9,225 nucleotides of DNA from Octopus sinensis (taxonomy: Eukaryota), in NCBI RefSeq assembly GCF_006345805.1, contig NW_021828001.1, positions 1-9,225 of the forward strand, written 5' to 3'. A program made the translations under genes and the position numbers. The first letter of the stretch is position 1. Every line of letters starts with the position of its first letter. The notes under the pieces are model-generated. The model was not told the DNA's origin and searched no databases. It was given only the letters and a program-made list of their open reading frames with translations. Below, piece by piece: positions 7,389-9,225 of this stretch.

Positions 7389-7517
7389 ACCAAATTCACT
7401 CACAGGACTTTGGTCGGCCCGGGGCTATAATGAAGACTCTTGCCCAAGGTGCCATACCGTGGGACTGAACCCGGAACCATGTGGTTGAAAAACAAACTTC
7501 TTACCACTTAGCCATAC
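7389..7517 (-). mobile_element. SINE family A, 5' tRNA-derived head and CORE-like segment
   Basis: Minus strand has A-box TGGCTAAGTGG (7504-7514), B-box GGTTCAGTCC (7462-7471), then GGCACCTTGGGCAAG; matches 7776-7876 in reverse. Confidence 0.9.
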
Positions 7518-7570
7518 AGATATATAGATTTATATACAGATACATACAAACATGCACACCTACACCCATA

Positions 7571-7773
7571 CAAGGGTGTACTGAAAAGCTCCTGACAATG
7601 AGGGTTTCGCGAAAAGCCTGTTTAGAGGCCCAACCTTCCCTGTTCTTTTACAGGGCTTAGAAAAACTGAAGGACCGCAGCAATAACTGTGATTCTGAGAG
7701 GGAAATATGTTGGATAAAATCATAATTAACTAATCCTCCTGTAGTTTATTTTATCTAAACCCAGGAACTTTTC
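7571..7773 (+). mobile_element. Internally deleted non-autonomous mariner derivative (MITE-like), right TIR truncated
   Basis: TA at 7569-7570, then CAAGGGTGTACTGAAAAGCTCCTG. Right end CAGGAACTTTTC (7762-7773) is the reverse complement of GAAAAG(C/T)TCCTG. Interior translates across frameshifts to ACLEAQPSLFF/LQGLEKLKDRSNNC/ILRGKYVG*, a mariner transposase C-terminus. Confidence 0.75.
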
Positions 7774-8144
7774 TTACCAACCACATGGTTCCGGGTTCAG
7801 TCCCACTGCGTGGCACCTTGGGCAAGTGTCTTCTACTACAGCCTCGGGCCGACAAGCATTGTGAGTGGATTTGGTAGACGGAAACTGAAAGTAGCCCGTC
7901 GTATATATGTATATGTATATATATATATTGTTGTGTGTGTGTCTGTGTTTGTTCCCCCTAACATCGCTTGACAACCGATGCTAGTGTGCTTACGCCCACG
8001 TAACTTAGCGGTTCGGCAAAATAGACCGATAGAATAAATACTAGGCTTACAAAGAATAAGTCCTGGGGTCGATTTGCTCGACTAAAGGTGGTGCTCCAGC
8101 ATGGCCGCAGTCAAATGACTGAAACCAGTAAAAGAGTATGAATA
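7773..8144 (+). mobile_element. SINE family A, near full-length (A-box missing), resembling octopus tRNA-derived CORE-type SINEs
   Basis: B-box GGTTCAGTCC 7794-7803, CORE-like CCTTGGGCAAG 7816-7826, internal (TA)/(TG) microsatellite at about 7901-7945, 3' domain shared with 4616-4809, A-rich tail. Confidence 0.9.
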
Positions 8145-8329
8145 TATAATATATATATACATACAAACATATACATATGTGTGTGTGTGTGTGTTTAAGT
8201 ATGCATAAGTATGCGTACGTATTTCTGTATACATGTGTGCGAGTGTACATTCTCCAATTGACGTATAGTCGTATACTTTCGGCCAACTTGTCAAGCTGTC
8301 AGTTAACATCGCAAACACTCAACACAACC

Positions 8330-8450
8330 TTTCACTTCTCTCACACTCTCTCTCACCCTCTTTCACTCTATCTCCTTATCTGCCTGTCTGTCTGTCTGTC
8401 TGTCTCACTCTCTCTCTCTCTCTCACCGTCTCTCCTTCTCCCGCTCACTG
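8330..8450. repeat. Polypyrimidine (CT)n/(CTGT)n tract
   Basis: Direct reading. Confidence 0.85.
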
Positions 8451-8820
8451 TTATCTAATCTCTCGTGTTAAATACAGATACGCTGAATCGAATGCGGGCT
8501 GCCAAATATTTACTCAGGTTTCGGAAACCATCGTAACATATTAACTACAACTACCACATCCTTCGTTGTTGTTCCGATAATAAAAACAAACGCCAATGGC
8601 AGCAGCAATAACGAGTGAGGCACATTGCATGTGTGAATAGCCATTATTTTGTTAAGCTGTACGAATGGCTGACCAGGAGGTTACGCATCCACGAAACTAT
8701 AAACCTGTTCAAGGAAAGCCGTCTTAGATGTCGACTTCCAGTCACGGACTCAACTACCAGCATTTGCTGGTCAATGTCCATCAAGTTACGCTCTGCCCTC
8801 TATTCCCCTCCTCTCGCTCT

Positions 8821-8889
8821 CATACATACAAATACATACATACATATATACATACATATATATATATACATATATGTATATATATATAG

Positions 8890-8924
<35 letters not shown>

Positions 8925-8949
8925 TATATATATATATATATGTGTGTGT

Positions 8950-8984
<35 letters not shown>
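8821..8984. repeat. Compound (TA)n/(TACA)n/(CA)n microsatellite
   Basis: Direct reading; sits where the adjacent minus-strand SINE A copy carries its internal microsatellite. Confidence 0.95.
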
Positions 8985-9095
8985 CGACAGGCTTCTTTCA
9001 GTTTCCATCTGCCAAATCCATTCGCAAAACTCTGGTCGGCCCAAGGCTATAGTAGAAGACACTTGCCCAATGTGTCACGTAGTGTGACAGAACCC
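8983..9095 (-). mobile_element. SINE family A, internal fragment
   Basis: Reverse complement matches about 7793-7903 (GGGTTC..TTGGGCAAGTGTCTTCTACTATAGCCTTGGGCCGACC..GGATTTGGCAGATGGAAACTGAAAGAAGCCTGTCGTA). Confidence 0.9.
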
Positions 9096-9113
9096 ATATT
9101 TATATATATATGT

Positions 9114-9194
9114 GGGTGGTTGATTGGCAAAACCGTTTGAACGTTATAGTATTTCTCCCAAGCTTGTATGGTGAGTTCAAATCGCGCTGGGGTC
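9114..9194 (+). mobile_element. Possible highly decayed SINE family B head
   Basis: GGTGGTTGATTGGCAAAACCGTT resembles the 5071-5093 head and is followed by B-box-like GAGTTCAAATC and GGGGTC. Confidence 0.35.
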
Positions 9195-9225
9195 CTGAAA
9201 TAAAAATTTGGTTTTCATCTCTTTA

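Noticed and set aside
7440-7517. tRNA gene
   Set aside because: A and B boxes are present but continue into the SINE body with no acceptor stem; it is a SINE head.

Overview
AT-rich, microsatellite-dense eukaryotic non-coding DNA with no intact protein-coding gene. The tRNA-derived SINE families look like those I recall from octopus/cephalopod genomes; this is recognition, not a database match. Contents: a decayed DD34D mariner with both TIRs and TA flanks (3237-4312); a ~200-bp internally deleted second mariner (7571-7773); two decayed Penelope-like GIY-YIG endonuclease fragments (1097-1359 minus, ~6590-6950 plus); several copies of two SINE families, two pairs of them inverted; a 128-bp-arm inverted repeat (7041-7316); and long di- and trinucleotide tracts that produce almost all ORFs in the supplied track. 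The most notable unannotated signal is a set of minimal type I hammerhead-ribozyme-like motifs (CUGANGA-stem II-GAAA-short stem III-NUH). One is near-canonical (585-686 minus), about 400 nt downstream of the Penelope-like ORF. Others lie in short islands bounded by (TA)n tracts.
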